DNA of 64,000 nt from Eledone cirrhosa (lineage: Eukaryota): assembly GCA_964016885.1 (NCBI GenBank), contig OZ024759.1, forward strand, positions 25,544,001-25,608,000, given 5' to 3'. Positions 44,097-55,339 of this stretch are shown piece by piece. How positions within the stretch are numbered: position 1 is the first letter of the stretch; each line of letters starts with the position of its first letter. The position numbers were made by a program, and so were the translations under genes. The notes under the pieces are model-generated. The model had not been told where the DNA came from, did no database searches, and saw only the letters and a list, made by a program, of their open reading frames with translations.

Positions 44097-44104
<8 letters not shown>
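43822..44104. mobile_element. Family B fold-back: 98-bp arms (43822-43919 / 44007-44104), hammerhead 3' half in the spacer
   Basis: Reverse-complement arms; GTGTGAC-GAAA-GAAC-TA-TGACTAT at 43924-43947. Confidence 0.85.
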
Positions 44105-44135
<31 letters not shown>

Positions 44136-45068
44136 AATATGCGTGTGTATGTGTTAATATTCGTGTGTGAATGACTGTATGAACTGTATGAATGTGAGTG
44201 TGCATGTATATCCTCTTTCGCTATCTCCATCTCATCTCGGTCTTTCCCTCTGTCTTCCCCTTTCTCACTCCACTATCCGCCTCTCCCCTCCCCCCTCTCC
44301 ACTTAAATCTTCCCCATCTGTTCTTACTCGTTGTATCACGAAATACGTGACACTTCGCTTTAATTGCAGTCCACATCAGAAGTACCACAAATTCCCATCT
44401 TAAAACTCATTTTAAACGCCTCGACGTGATCAGTCGACTTGTTAGAAACATTAATCAAACCATCCTCAATCTCTGAGTGTTTCTATAAAAACGTACATAA
44501 TTTTTTTTTTTTTAAATAATTATGGGAAAGGGAGTTGTCAAGACCCCTTGCAAGGCCTCTCAGACCGGTCGGTTGAAGGAAGATTGCTAAAATTATTCAT
44601 GGACTATGGATGGCGGATTAATTTTAGATAATGTTGAGAGAGAGAGGGGGGGGGGGGCGAGAGAGAGAAAGAAGAAGAAGAAGAAGAAGAAGAAGAGATA
44701 TACCAGAAGTATTGACCCCAGTATTTGACTGATATACTCTCTCTCGCTCTCTCTCTCTCTCGGGGGAGAGGGTGATAGAGAGAGAGAGTGAGAAAGAATC
44801 GACCCCAGTACTGGACTGTTAATAATTTATTGACCTCGAAATGATAAAAGGCGATGTTAACATCGGCGGGATTTGAATCCAGAGTGCAGTGAAAGCCGTA
44901 AAAAATACCGCAAGGTATTCTACCTGACGTTCTAACAACTTCACCACTCCCTACCATAATATAGTCTTACATAGCACTGATCAGATTGGGTGAGGGGAGT
45001 TATTACTGTAATATTTTTAATGATAGTTCTGCTGGATCGTGTTTGAGTGAGGAGTAAACAAAACAAAT

Positions 45069-45315
45069 GTGATGTGGAAGTGGTGTGTGGTAGCTGTGGA
45101 AACATGGTGTGGAGAGTGTAGCAGTGATGTGGTAGTGGTGTGTGGTAGCTGTGGAAACATGGTGTGGAGAGTGTAGCAGTGATGTGGTAGTGGTGTGTGG
45201 TAGCTGTGGAAACATGGTGTGGAGAGTGTAGCAGTGATGTGGTAGTGGTGTGTGGTAGCTGTGGAAACATGGTGTGGAGAGTGTGGCAGTGATGTGGTAG
45301 TGGTGTGTGGTAGGT
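45069..45315. repeat. Minisatellite, about 55-bp unit x4.5, decaying to about 45850
   Basis: GTGATGTGGTAGTGGTGTGTGGTAGCTGTGGAAACATGGTGTGGAGAGTGTAGCA repeated. Confidence 0.9.
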
Positions 45316-45869
45316 GTGGAGAATCTGGCAGTGATGTGGAAATATGGCGAAGAGAATGTGGTAGGGATGTGGTGTATGGTATAGATGTGGAAATATGAAG
45401 TGGAGATGATGGTAGTGATGTGGCATATAGTATAGATGTGGAAATATGGTGAGGACAATGTGGTAGTGATGTGGAGTCTGGTATAGATGTGGTGTATGGT
45501 AGGCGTGGAAAGGTGGTGTGGACAATGTGGATGTAATGTGGTGTGTAATGTAGATGTGGAAACATGGTGTGGAAAGTGTGGTATTGGTATTCTGTACAGT
45601 ATATATAGAAAGACCGTGTAGAATGTGGTTTATATTATATGTGGTAGTGATGAGGTGTTTGTATAGTGGGTGTGGAAAGTTAGTGTAGAGAATGTGATGT
45701 TGATGTGGTATATAGTATATGTAGAAAGATAGTGTAGTATTGATGTCGTATATAGTAATGTGGAAAGATTGTGTGGAGTGTGTGGTAATGATGTGGTGTA
45801 TAGCTGTGGAAATATTGTGTGAAGAGTGTGTGGTAATAGTGTATAGATGTACGGATGCAGCCCTTTACA

Positions 45870-46029
45870 AAACACACCTGCGGCCCGCACAAAGGTTTTT
45901 ACAGCGCGAGCTGTAATATAAAATAAAAAAATGTGTTGTAATGTCCACAATTAGTTGTCGTATGTGGCCCTCAGACAACACATATGTGACCCATGTGGCT
46001 CCCGGGGGACCCTCAGTTTGACATGCCTG
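45870..46029. mobile_element. hAT-type MITE fragment
   Basis: TGCGGCCCGC and TGTGGCCCTC subterminal motifs; terminus CAGTTTGACATGCCTG. Confidence 0.65.
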
Positions 46030-46604
46030 AAGTAGAGAGTGTGATAGTGATATGATATATGGTAGATGCTTAGCCATGTGCTACATATGTAGACGAAGAT
46101 AGCAGTGAGGTCCTCCCTCGAATGGAACCTTTACGGAGGGTGTAGGAAACAAACAAAACAACAACAAAATAAGCGAAGAAAATAGATTGAGATATGGCTG
46201 TTATTTTTAGCAGGTCGGATTACAAGTGCCATCTTTTTCATAGAACCATAAATTCAAGGGACGCTACTATTTAAAACTTTTTATTTGAGTTATTTTCCTT
46301 GCGAGAATTTATTTATTTATTTATTCAATATATGTTTAGTATTGTTTTAATTAACCCAGCCCGAAGTTGTTGTCATTGTTGTTTATCGAACATCTCTATG
46401 ATCAGATATATTCCGTTCGTGACCATCTTGTCGTTTTGTATATGTTTAGCACTACATTATCCAACATGTATTTCCTGTTTTAAGATACTGGAGTAAGATT
46501 TAAGAAGATACGAAGGGATTAGCAATCGACCCCCCCCCCCTCCTTCATTTTATTAAGGCTAAATAGTGAGTCTTGTTACTCTGGAGTTTCGCCCTTATAA
46601 ATAT

Positions 46605-47735
46605 ATACGAGTGGCTTTTCAGAGCTATACAAGCCATGTATAAAGAAACGGTCACCAAGGTTAGAATTAACAATGAATATAGTGAAGAATTTAGTGTAAA
46701 AGTTAGTGCTCATCAAAGCTCTGTCCTTAGCCCCCTCCTATTTATTATTACACTTCAGGCTATAACAGAGGAGTTTAAGACCGGCTGCCCATGGGAACTT
46801 CTATACGCAGACGATCTAACTCTCATAGCTGAATCTATGGCTGAACTAGAGAAGAAATTCCAAACATGGAAGCATGGTCTAGAATCAAAAGGCCTTAAAG
46901 TTAACTTGTCTAAGACTAAAGTTCTAGTATGTAGAAAGGAAAATAGGGCATAGGTGCCATCTGGGAAATGGCCATGCTCCGTGTGTAGGAAAGGAGTAAG
47001 TAGAAATTCCATTTTATGTCCCAAATGCAAACTATGGGTACATAAAAGATGTCGTGGGATCACAGGTAAGCTATCTAAGAACGTAGATTTTATTTGTGGC
47101 CAATGCTCAGGTGCAATAAGTAGCAAGTGCCCACACGATACTAGCTCCTTCTATTGCCCAGATGGTTCTATAGAAATAGTGGACACTTTCCGTTGTTACC
47201 TGGGTGACAAAATCAGCAGTGGTCGAGGGTGCTTCGAAAGTACAGTAACCAGAGTCAGAACGGGATGGAAAAAGTTCAGAGCTTATACCGCTGTTGGCCA
47301 CAAAAGGTTTATCTCTAAAGATGAAAGGTAGATTGTATGTTGCCTGTATACGAACAGCAATGTTACATGGCAGTGAGACATGGGCATTGTGTGCAGAGGA
47401 CCTGCGCAGACTGGAAAGGAATGAAGCATACATGCTCCGTTGGATGTGTAATAGTAATATACACAAACGGCAAAACAAAGAACTAAGTGAGGAATAAGAG
47501 GGATCAGATGCTGTTTACTTGAGAGAAGACTACGTTGGTATGGTCACGTGATGCGCATGAAAGATGACAGCTGTATAAAAAAGTGCAGGGCGATCAAAAT
47601 TGATGGAAGTTATGGAACCTGGGACGATTTGATAAATTCTGACCTTACACACTTGCACCTCTCTAAGACAATGTCACTGGACTGAGATCATTGGCGCTAC
47701 GCAGTAATACAGAAGACACGCCTTGCCTATATACA
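46605..47735 (+). pseudogene. 5'-truncated RTE-type LINE: RT domain, PHD-like Cys finger and C-terminus; inactivated
   Basis: HQSSVLSPLLF, LLYADDL, GLKVNLSKTK, CSVCRKGV..CPKCKLWVHKRC..CGQC, YLGD, MLHGSETW, RLRWYGHVMRM; in-frame TAG at 46951-46953 and frameshifts. Confidence 0.92.
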
Positions 47736-47899
47736 AAGCGAAACCTAGTCAGTAGGCACCTCTTAACCAAATATACACCCCAACCCACTACCCCATCCTC
47801 CCACTCCCACAAACATCACCCTTTCTCTGTAAAGTTGGTACCACAACATCCAGTCCAAACTAATGAGATAATGAGATCAAGATCGTGTAGATGTCACAA

Positions 47900-48133
47900 C
47901 AAAAAAACTCACAGTCCACGTTGTAATGTGGCCATGTAGGTAACACGGTGAAAAGTTCCCAGTCCACACTGTAAATGTGGTTGGTGTTTGGAAGGGCATC
48001 CAGCCATAGAAAACCTGCCAGATAGTCCTATACAAGCGAGACACGGTCACCCGACCAATCTTGCCTCAAGTGGGACAACTCTCGTCTAGCCCATGTTAGC
48101 GTGGAAGATGGACGTTAAACGATGATGATGATG
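47900..48133 (+). mobile_element. SINE with an RTE-like (GAT)n tail
   Basis: GTGGTTGGTGTTTGGAAGGGCATCCAGCCATAGAAA...GGACGTTAAACGATGATGATG. Confidence 0.7.
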
Positions 48134-48406
48134 AGTCCAGGTTCAATCGGTGGCAACCTCAGTAAGGAACTCAATACATAGATTGTATACAAGATTCTTA
48201 GAGAAAAATACATAGTGATACAAAAGCAGGCACTCCTTATTTTTCAAGGTTCAACTGCTCTCTGATTAACCCTGAAATCAAACTTCAAAATGCTCACAAG
48301 CACTCTCTCAACATCTGGCCCTCATGCTCTTCGTAACTGTTCCACCAAGCCAAAGTTGTTGTATACCTGTACCTCTACACCCCTTCTAACATCCAGACAT
48401 TTTTGT

Positions 48407-48412
48407 TTTATT
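48407..48412 (-). terminator. Candidate polyadenylation signal of PPP1R11
   Basis: AATAAA on the minus strand about 310 nt after the stop codon. Confidence 0.4.
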
Positions 48413-48724
48413 GAATTCAATATCTCCATCTAGCATGGTGTTATAGACAAACGGGATATACTATGTCCAGTTTGATGACGATAAGCCACTTTTCTTAGCA
48501 TGGTGTTAAAGAGAAACGAGATATACTATATCCAGTTTGATGACATAAAACCACTTTTCCTAGCTGGGTATTTAAAAAATCAAGTCAACAAGAAAAGAAA
48601 TTGAGGTATAAACTTTACAAAACAATCATTGATTTTTTTTAGTAACATTTTAATAAAAAGAATAAGTGTTTAATAGGTTGTGCACAAAATGTAGTTACAC
48701 TTGCAAGTTGGATCAAAATTTTTT

Positions 48725-48828
48725 TTATGTTGAAGGGTTACCCCCTGCTCCCTGATTGTCTTTATCCTTGCCATCTTTACTGTGACTAGCTTTGGGTGAA
48801 CTCCTGCCTTTCTTTTTAGTCTTTGGTT
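48725..48828 (-). CDS. PPP1R11: PPP1R11 coding exon 4 (EPKTKKKGRSSPKASHSKDGKDKDNQGAGGNPST*)
   Basis: Long polypyrimidine tract and TTCTAG acceptor; phase 1 matches exon 3; TAA stop at 48725-48727. Confidence 0.75.
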
Positions 48829-50077
48829 CTAGAATTGACAAGAGAAAAAGCAAAAGAAAAAAACATTAGATTAATCAAGGGTTTGGGAGTACCCTTCGGT
48901 TTATGTCTAAAGACATGACAATTTCTCCTCTGCACTCAATATGACCATACGTAAGCAGGACACAGACCCGTCGGCCTGTTTGGGGGGCCAGTAGCCCCGT
49001 TTTAATATTGACTAGGTAGGTCTATGTAGATCTGTTCAACTCTTGCTATCAGGGAAAGTGAACAATAAATGTTGATGATGATGAATGATTTTGAATTTAA
49101 GGTTAGTGTCTGAAGCCTGCAGGCTCCTCAGGCCAATGCTTATCCTGGTTTCCATTGCATTAAGTGACTGAGAGAACAAGACTTCCCCCTGGACAGTCCA
49201 TCACAGGGTTAAAGTCGCAGTTATTACTGCTGGTATTCACTTTCAGCTGAGTATACTGGAACGTGAAATGAAGTGTTTTGCTCAAGAACACAATACACAA
49301 CACCCAGTCCAGGAATCGAACCCATGACATTATAATCATAAGTCCAACACCCTTACCAGGATTTGGGGGTGGGAGAGGGGAAAGTTGATTACATCAACCC
49401 CAGTAATTAACTGGTACTTCATTTCACTGAAAGGCAAAGTTAACCATGGTGGGATTCAAACAGAACTTAAAGGACCAAAACCAAACAGAAAGCAGTGGAG
49501 GTCAACTGAGGAGGGGTTCCTCCACCAGGAGTGAGAAGGCCCTGGATTGGATTGGATTGGATATATATATATATATATGTACATACATATGTGGAAAATG
49601 GATGTTAAATGATGATGATGACTATATATATATCTTAACTATGAATTAAATAGTCTCAACAACCCACAACTGGTCAAGTGTGGTGAGTATGGCTACACCA
49701 CAGAAGACATGACCAAAACCAAACAAAAAGTGGTGGAGGTCAACCAGGGAGGGGTTCCTCCAATACGAGTGAGAAGGCACTGGATTAGATTGGATAGCTT
49801 CATTGTACTGTATATATATATATAATATATTGTTTTCCATTTACTTTTCGCATACATATGTATGTGCATGCATGCCTGTGTTTACAGTTATGTCTATCCT
49901 CCAGTTCAATAAATACAATAAAGTTTTTAAAATAATAAACTGAAGTAACAGACTTGGAAAAAAAACAGTACTGGGATCAATACGACTGACTAAATTCCTT
50001 CAAGGCAGTGCCCCAGCATGGTCGCAGTCTAATGGCTGAGACAAGTAAGTAACGGAATAAAAGAATGAAAGAATTAC

Positions 50078-50212
50078 CTTCTACTATATTTTTGGTGTCG
50101 TCTTTAGTTCGGTAGCATTGACCCTTGTGTCCATGGCAACTGTCACATTCATCACTATCTTCTTCAGAAGAAGATTCTCCAAAACTTCGTGGCTTTTCAT
50201 AAATACAACAGC
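50078..50212 (-). CDS. PPP1R11: PPP1R11 coding exon 3 (CCCIYEKPRSFGESSSEEDSDECDSCHGH...)
   Basis: Diagnostic CCCIYEKPR.FGESS motif of Inhibitor-3/Ypi1; TAG acceptor and GTAATT donor. Confidence 0.95.
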
Positions 50213-50345
50213 CTAGCAAATAGATTGTAAAACATGGAGAAATATCATAAGTCTCATTAAAAAAAATGGACAACATATTCAGTGTATCATTAACTCGGCA
50301 ATGCCTGGTTGTAGATATCTATCTATCTATCTATCTATATATATA

Positions 50346-50540
50346 CGAGGGTAGGCTGAAAAGTTCATGGCCTGACTATGAAGGCATGATGCTAGAACTG
50401 TGAAATCTTTCATGCATTAACTTCAACTCTTATTAATAACTGCATTGTTTCTTTCCAGGGACTAAGTTGAAAAATAAATGTCATTTGGTCATTCCATGAG
50501 TGTATTTTGGTCAGCCTATAAACTTTTCAGCTGACCCTCA
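50346..50540. mobile_element. Mariner-type MITE in PPP1R11 intron 2
   Basis: TA|CGAGGGTAGGCTGAAAAGTTCAT ... ATAAACTTTTCAGCTGACCCTCA|TA. Confidence 0.85.
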
Positions 50541-50636
50541 TAGAGGGGAAAAATGAATATTAGCTTCTATTCGTGATTGTATTCTTTTCATCATTACTGA
50601 AGATTCATGACCATAGATAAGGGTTGGCATGAATGC

Positions 50637-51062
50637 CGAATTGAAAACAGCGAGTTTGGATTTTACACCTACCTCCTTTCTTCTGATTACTGAAGACAGC
50701 GAGTTTGCCTTTTACACCTACCTCCCTCCTGATTACTGAATTGAAGACAGCAAGTTTGGCTTTTGCACCTACCTCCCTTCTTCTGATTACTGAATTGAAG
50801 ACAGCAAGTTTGGCTTTTACACCTACCTCCCTTCTTCCGATTACTGAATTGAAGACAGTGAGTTTGGCTTTTACACATACCTCCCTTCTTCTGATTACTG
50901 AATTGAAGAGAGCGAGTTTGGCTTTTACACATACCTCCCTCCTGATTACTGAATTGAAGACAGCAAGTTTGGCTTTTGCACCTACCTCCCTCCTGATTAC
51001 TGAATTGAAGACAGCGAGTTTGGCTTTTACACCTACCTCCCTTTTTCTGATTACCGAATTAA
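50637..51062. repeat. Minisatellite, 58-61-bp unit x7, in PPP1R11 intron 2
   Basis: GAATTGAAGACAGCRAGTTTGGCTTTTACACCTACCTCCCTTCTTCTGATTACT repeated. Confidence 0.95.
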
Positions 51063-51102
51063 AAATATATTTTTTTTGCTCTGGCAGAGAAGTTTAACTT
51101 AC

Positions 51103-51211
51103 ATTTTGATTTCTTTTTATTTAGGTCCTCATTGTCAATTGTATCATTGGTCCACTTCACTTTCCTGTGGTTCTTCACCTTCTTTAACCTTAAATGTAAT
51201 GTTGGACTCCT
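51103..51211 (-). CDS. PPP1R11: PPP1R11 coding exon 2 (RSPTLHLRLKKVKNHRKVKWTNDTIDNEDLNKKKSK)
   Basis: RVxF/W PP1-docking motif KVKW and DT.DNE; TTTCAG acceptor and GTAAGT donor; phases 0/1 are consistent. Confidence 0.95.
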
Positions 51212-51369
51212 CTGAAACAATAATAATAATAAGCATCTTTGTAAATAAACCATCAGAGCATTGGTGGATTGAAATTCTCAGAAAATGTAAAAAATAACTG
51301 TAAACAAAGTAGATTGTTCCTCCCACTAAATGTACTTCTCCAATCCCCCCCCCCCCCCACTCCAGCCCT

Positions 51370-51730
51370 GAGTCCACACTGTAAAGTGGTTGTGTAAGTT
51401 TCATGATAAAAAAACACTTAGTCCATACTATAAAGTGGTCACATAGATGTCATGACAAAAAGCATCCAGTCCACACTGTCCTGTATGTGCCGTGACAAAA
51501 AACACATAGTCCATACAGTAAAGTGGTCATGAAGGTGTCATGATAAAAACCACCCAGTACACACTGTAAAGTGGTTCATGTAAGTGTCATGAGAAAAAGC
51601 ACCCAGTCCACACTGTAAATGTGGTTGGCTTAGACGAGTCGTGTTGTTATGAGTCAAGTCAGGTTAGGTGAGCATGTCTTGCTCATACAAAACTGTTTCT
51701 TGGCTGGATGCCCTTCCTAACATCAACCAC
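51370..51730. repeat. Tandem array of about 46-bp units, SINE-derived
   Basis: AGTCCACACTGTAAAGTGGT..GTGTCATGACAAAAAGCACCC x6; same motif as 47900-47980. Confidence 0.8.
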
Positions 51731-52033
51731 TTCCACATGATTACCGACATGTGGAAGTGATCTAAGATAATGATATTTTTTATAATTTATATCTAAGATA
51801 TAATTCCATAAATGTTCAGCATATATGTACAAATGACATACAGGATTAAATATATGAGTAACTTTGGAGAAATAACTATTTACAGGGACAAATGTAGGGT
51901 TAAAACAGAGGACCTTGTGATTGGAAAGGTGAACTTATTGTAGTAACATGAAGATAGGAAATAAATGCATTTATATATGTAAACACAATATGTATATTTT
52001 GTTTACATATATAAATCATTTATTATTATTCAC

Positions 52034-52368
52034 GGTATCGGTAGAGTCGGACACTATGCTTTGAAGCATAGAGTTACGTCCCTTTATGATCTGAGTTCAA
52101 ATCCCGCCGAGATTAACTTTGCCTTTCATCCTTACGGGGTCGATAAAATAAAGTACCAGTAATGTACTGGTAATTGCTGGCCTTGTGCCAAAAATAGAAA
52201 CAATTATTATACACAATCAGTTCAGTTCAAATCTCGCCGTGGTTAGCCTTTCATCCTTACGGGGGTCAATAAGATAAAGCACCAGTAACACACTGCGGTT
52301 GATTTAATCGACTTCCCTTCCCCAAAAATTGCTGGCCATGTGCCTAAATCATAAACAATTATTATTAT
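52034..52368 (+). mobile_element. Two tandem SINE copies (1718 family)
   Basis: GAGTTCAAATCCCGCCGAG..TTAACTTTGCCTTTCATCCTTACGGGGTCGAT. Confidence 0.85.
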
Positions 52369-52499
52369 TATATGCTTATTGTATTTATATATACACGATG
52401 TTTGAAATTGGCAAAATAAAAAGAAAAGATATAATATTAAAACAGAAGGATATATTCTTTTAATGTTGCAATATTAAAGAAAATGTAAAGGAAGGGGTG

Positions 52500-52990
52500 A
52501 ACAACTGAGCCAACACCAGAGCAAAAGACGGCAGCGTCGCGAGGAAAACCGGGCAACCTCTCTAATGGTTTTTGAGGCAAGCCAGCACACTCGCAGCGTT
52601 GCCTCGGGTGATGGCGAGGCTAATACGCTGGAACAACCAAGCGCCCTCGTGAGATTCGCCAGTTACCTCTATTAGGCGAGCCGCCATTAAAGAGAGGAAC
52701 CTCGCAGTCAGCGGCCCGACTCCCCCAAACGTCTCGAAAGTCATAGCCTGAAAAATGTAGCTGGCCGACAGATCACAGTATTTAAGAGTCTTGCTCCGCT
52801 CGCCTGCGGAAGCTGTGGCTCTCGTCCTAACCGCAGCATCCAGGATGTGGAAAGAAGCAAAAGAGTCACTATCAGTGACGTCCCAGACAAGGCACCTGCC
52901 TCTCATGGGCACAGGTTAAGACCGTCAGCTCTTTTGCCGCCACTTCTGGACAACCCAGATGGTTCTAAGATTGAGGGGATGTTCGAGAAC
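52500..52990 (-). mobile_element. CRE-type non-LTR retrotransposon 3' fragment (RLE domain) in PPP1R11 intron 1
   Basis: GKRADGLN..RGRCLVWDVTDSDSFASFHILD..FETFGGVGP..LFQRISLAITRGNAASV; paralogous to 56970-57385. Confidence 0.85.
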
Positions 52991-53859
52991 TTTAACCCCA
53001 CCATTACAGTATTTCTAACGAAAGACACTGCCTACGATTTTCAAATAATATTTTTTGTTTTAAATAATCAAGAAGTTGGAGGGATTTAGTATTATATTTA
53101 GCTTTCTCGTTATTTATTAAGCTGGTGTTTTGGAATATAACTTAACAAAGGTGCTTACGTAATATTATGATAAGAATTTTTTTAGATGAATATAAACACT
53201 TTAAAACAGCAAAACCTGGGACGATCTTGGGTCGTTTCTTATCAGAAGAATTAATATACACATATATTTATACATACATACGCATTTATATATACATGCA
53301 TCCAATTATATACACTCACATAGTCATTTATATTAGTGGAGTTTCGGAATATGGTAGATATTTATACATACATTTATATATACACAAACATGTTTATATA
53401 TATATATACATAATTCTATACATATATATATATACATATACATAATTCTATACATATATACACACATATACATAAATATATATACGTGTGTCTATATATA
53501 TACATAGTTGTATGGTTGCATGAAAAATGCGTCCGTAGGCGGTATGCCGGTTGAGCACTCAATGTTCGCGCAAAGCAGAGTATAATACTATAAGGAACAA
53601 GGATTCAGTGTTGCATCATAACATATTTAATAACATATTCATATAACAACACTCTACTGCGCCTGGTATCGAGCACTCTGGTGAGTAATGGTCTAACCAG
53701 TTTCTTTCTGAATCCATCTTGATTTGTAATATATATCTGTATATGTGTGTGTATTAAACATGTGTATGTATAAATGTATATCATAATCCGATATATATAT
53801 ATATGAACAAAGACATAAGCTATATAACTGTAAATATTATAAAGAAACCATCGTCTTAC

Positions 53860-53910
53860 TTCCGAGAGAGTTAAATTAGTCTGTGTTACTGTAAGAGAAT
53901 GCTCAGCCAT
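53860..53910 (-). CDS. PPP1R11: PPP1R11 coding exon 1 (MAEHSLTVTQTNLTLSE)
   Basis: ATG in ATTATGG context; MAE..TVT.T N-terminus resembles Inhibitor-3; GTAAGA donor in phase 0. Confidence 0.8.
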
Positions 53911-55339
53911 AATTGCTGGTACATTCCATTAAAATTACACTGCAAACAACATCTATTATATACCACACGAACGAAACAGGTCTCTCTTTTTGTTTGTAAA
54001 TTCCAAAGATATTTTCAATAATTCTCAATATATCAGGGTATATATATTTATATATCAGGGTATAAATATTGATATATATGTTAAATTTTCTACCGACATT
54101 TCTTAAACACCGGAGAGCTGTTTATGTTTTTCCTTTGTGATGGTGTCTGGTCTTGGCAGTTATCTCCCTTTCTTCGTAAATCGGTGTTGCGTGTGTGTAT
54201 ATTTTGGGTTTGGAGCCGGTAAGAATGTCAGATATCATGAGTTGCGGCCTTTTACGGTCTGAATTAAGACAATTTGAAATCTTTTGCACCATCAATTGTT
54301 AAAAAACAAGTTAAAATCATTTGGTCGTCCATTCGTTACGTACGTTACGCTTTAGTTACATACACACACACATCTACACGTAAATACATAAACAGATACA
54401 GACAACAGCATAGCAAACCCACACACACATATTCATAAATAGACACATTCTACAAAATAATTATTACATACACACTCATCTATGAATGATTGAGGAAGGG
54501 GCTGGTGTAACACTATAGCGATATGTGTGTTGCGTCCCTTACCGTACAGCCTATTCTTTTCTTCTTTTACTACAGATTACCTTTTTTAAGGTAGTGTTAA
54601 ATCAAAAACGCTTTATTAATAACCATTTTTTTTTTAATCATAAACAAATCTACTTCAAATAACAACACTACAGATATTTAAAATGCTGATTACCAGACAA
54701 CGCAACAAATACAGTAACTTCCAAACAGCATGGTAACAAAGGAAAAAGAAAACATACACTTGAAGAAAACGATATAATTTTGTCTACGATCCGTTAACTA
54801 CACGGTCAATTAATTAATTAACACGTTTTGTTTTCTTAGCGTTTTTATTAAAAAGGACAACTTCCTCCACCGTTTTTGGTTCATTTTAAAATTCTTTCCT
54901 CAATTCCAACTTCCTCTCTTCAATGTTTTAACATTTCAAGATCTATTCTTGCACTTTTATAGAATTTACTTACTATTTCAAATATTTACTCATACATCTC
55001 AACATCTCACACACATTTCCTCGTATTTGGTAGATCTAATTTTTTTTTTTTTTAATTTATTATTTTTTTTTCTTTCTGTTTCAACTTCCTTTCAATATCG
55101 TCACTCTATTTTTGCACGGTCTTTATAGTTATTGAATTTACTACGGATTCACTTATATGAAATCGTACACAAACATATTGTACATATGTTTTCTTTCTCT
55201 TTTCTTCAAAAGTAGGGGGGGGTGAACTCCCGGCTCCCGCACTTCTAATGTTTTATCTAGCTCTTTGCATGCTCATTGTTGTTCTTTCTTTTCCATTGTA
55301 TTTGCCTGCTTTTCACAAGACCAAACTCATTTCCACACA

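Noticed and set aside
50637-51097. 130-aa repetitive ORF / CRISPR-like array
   Set aside because: Head-to-tail intronic minisatellite without spacers, antisense to PPP1R11
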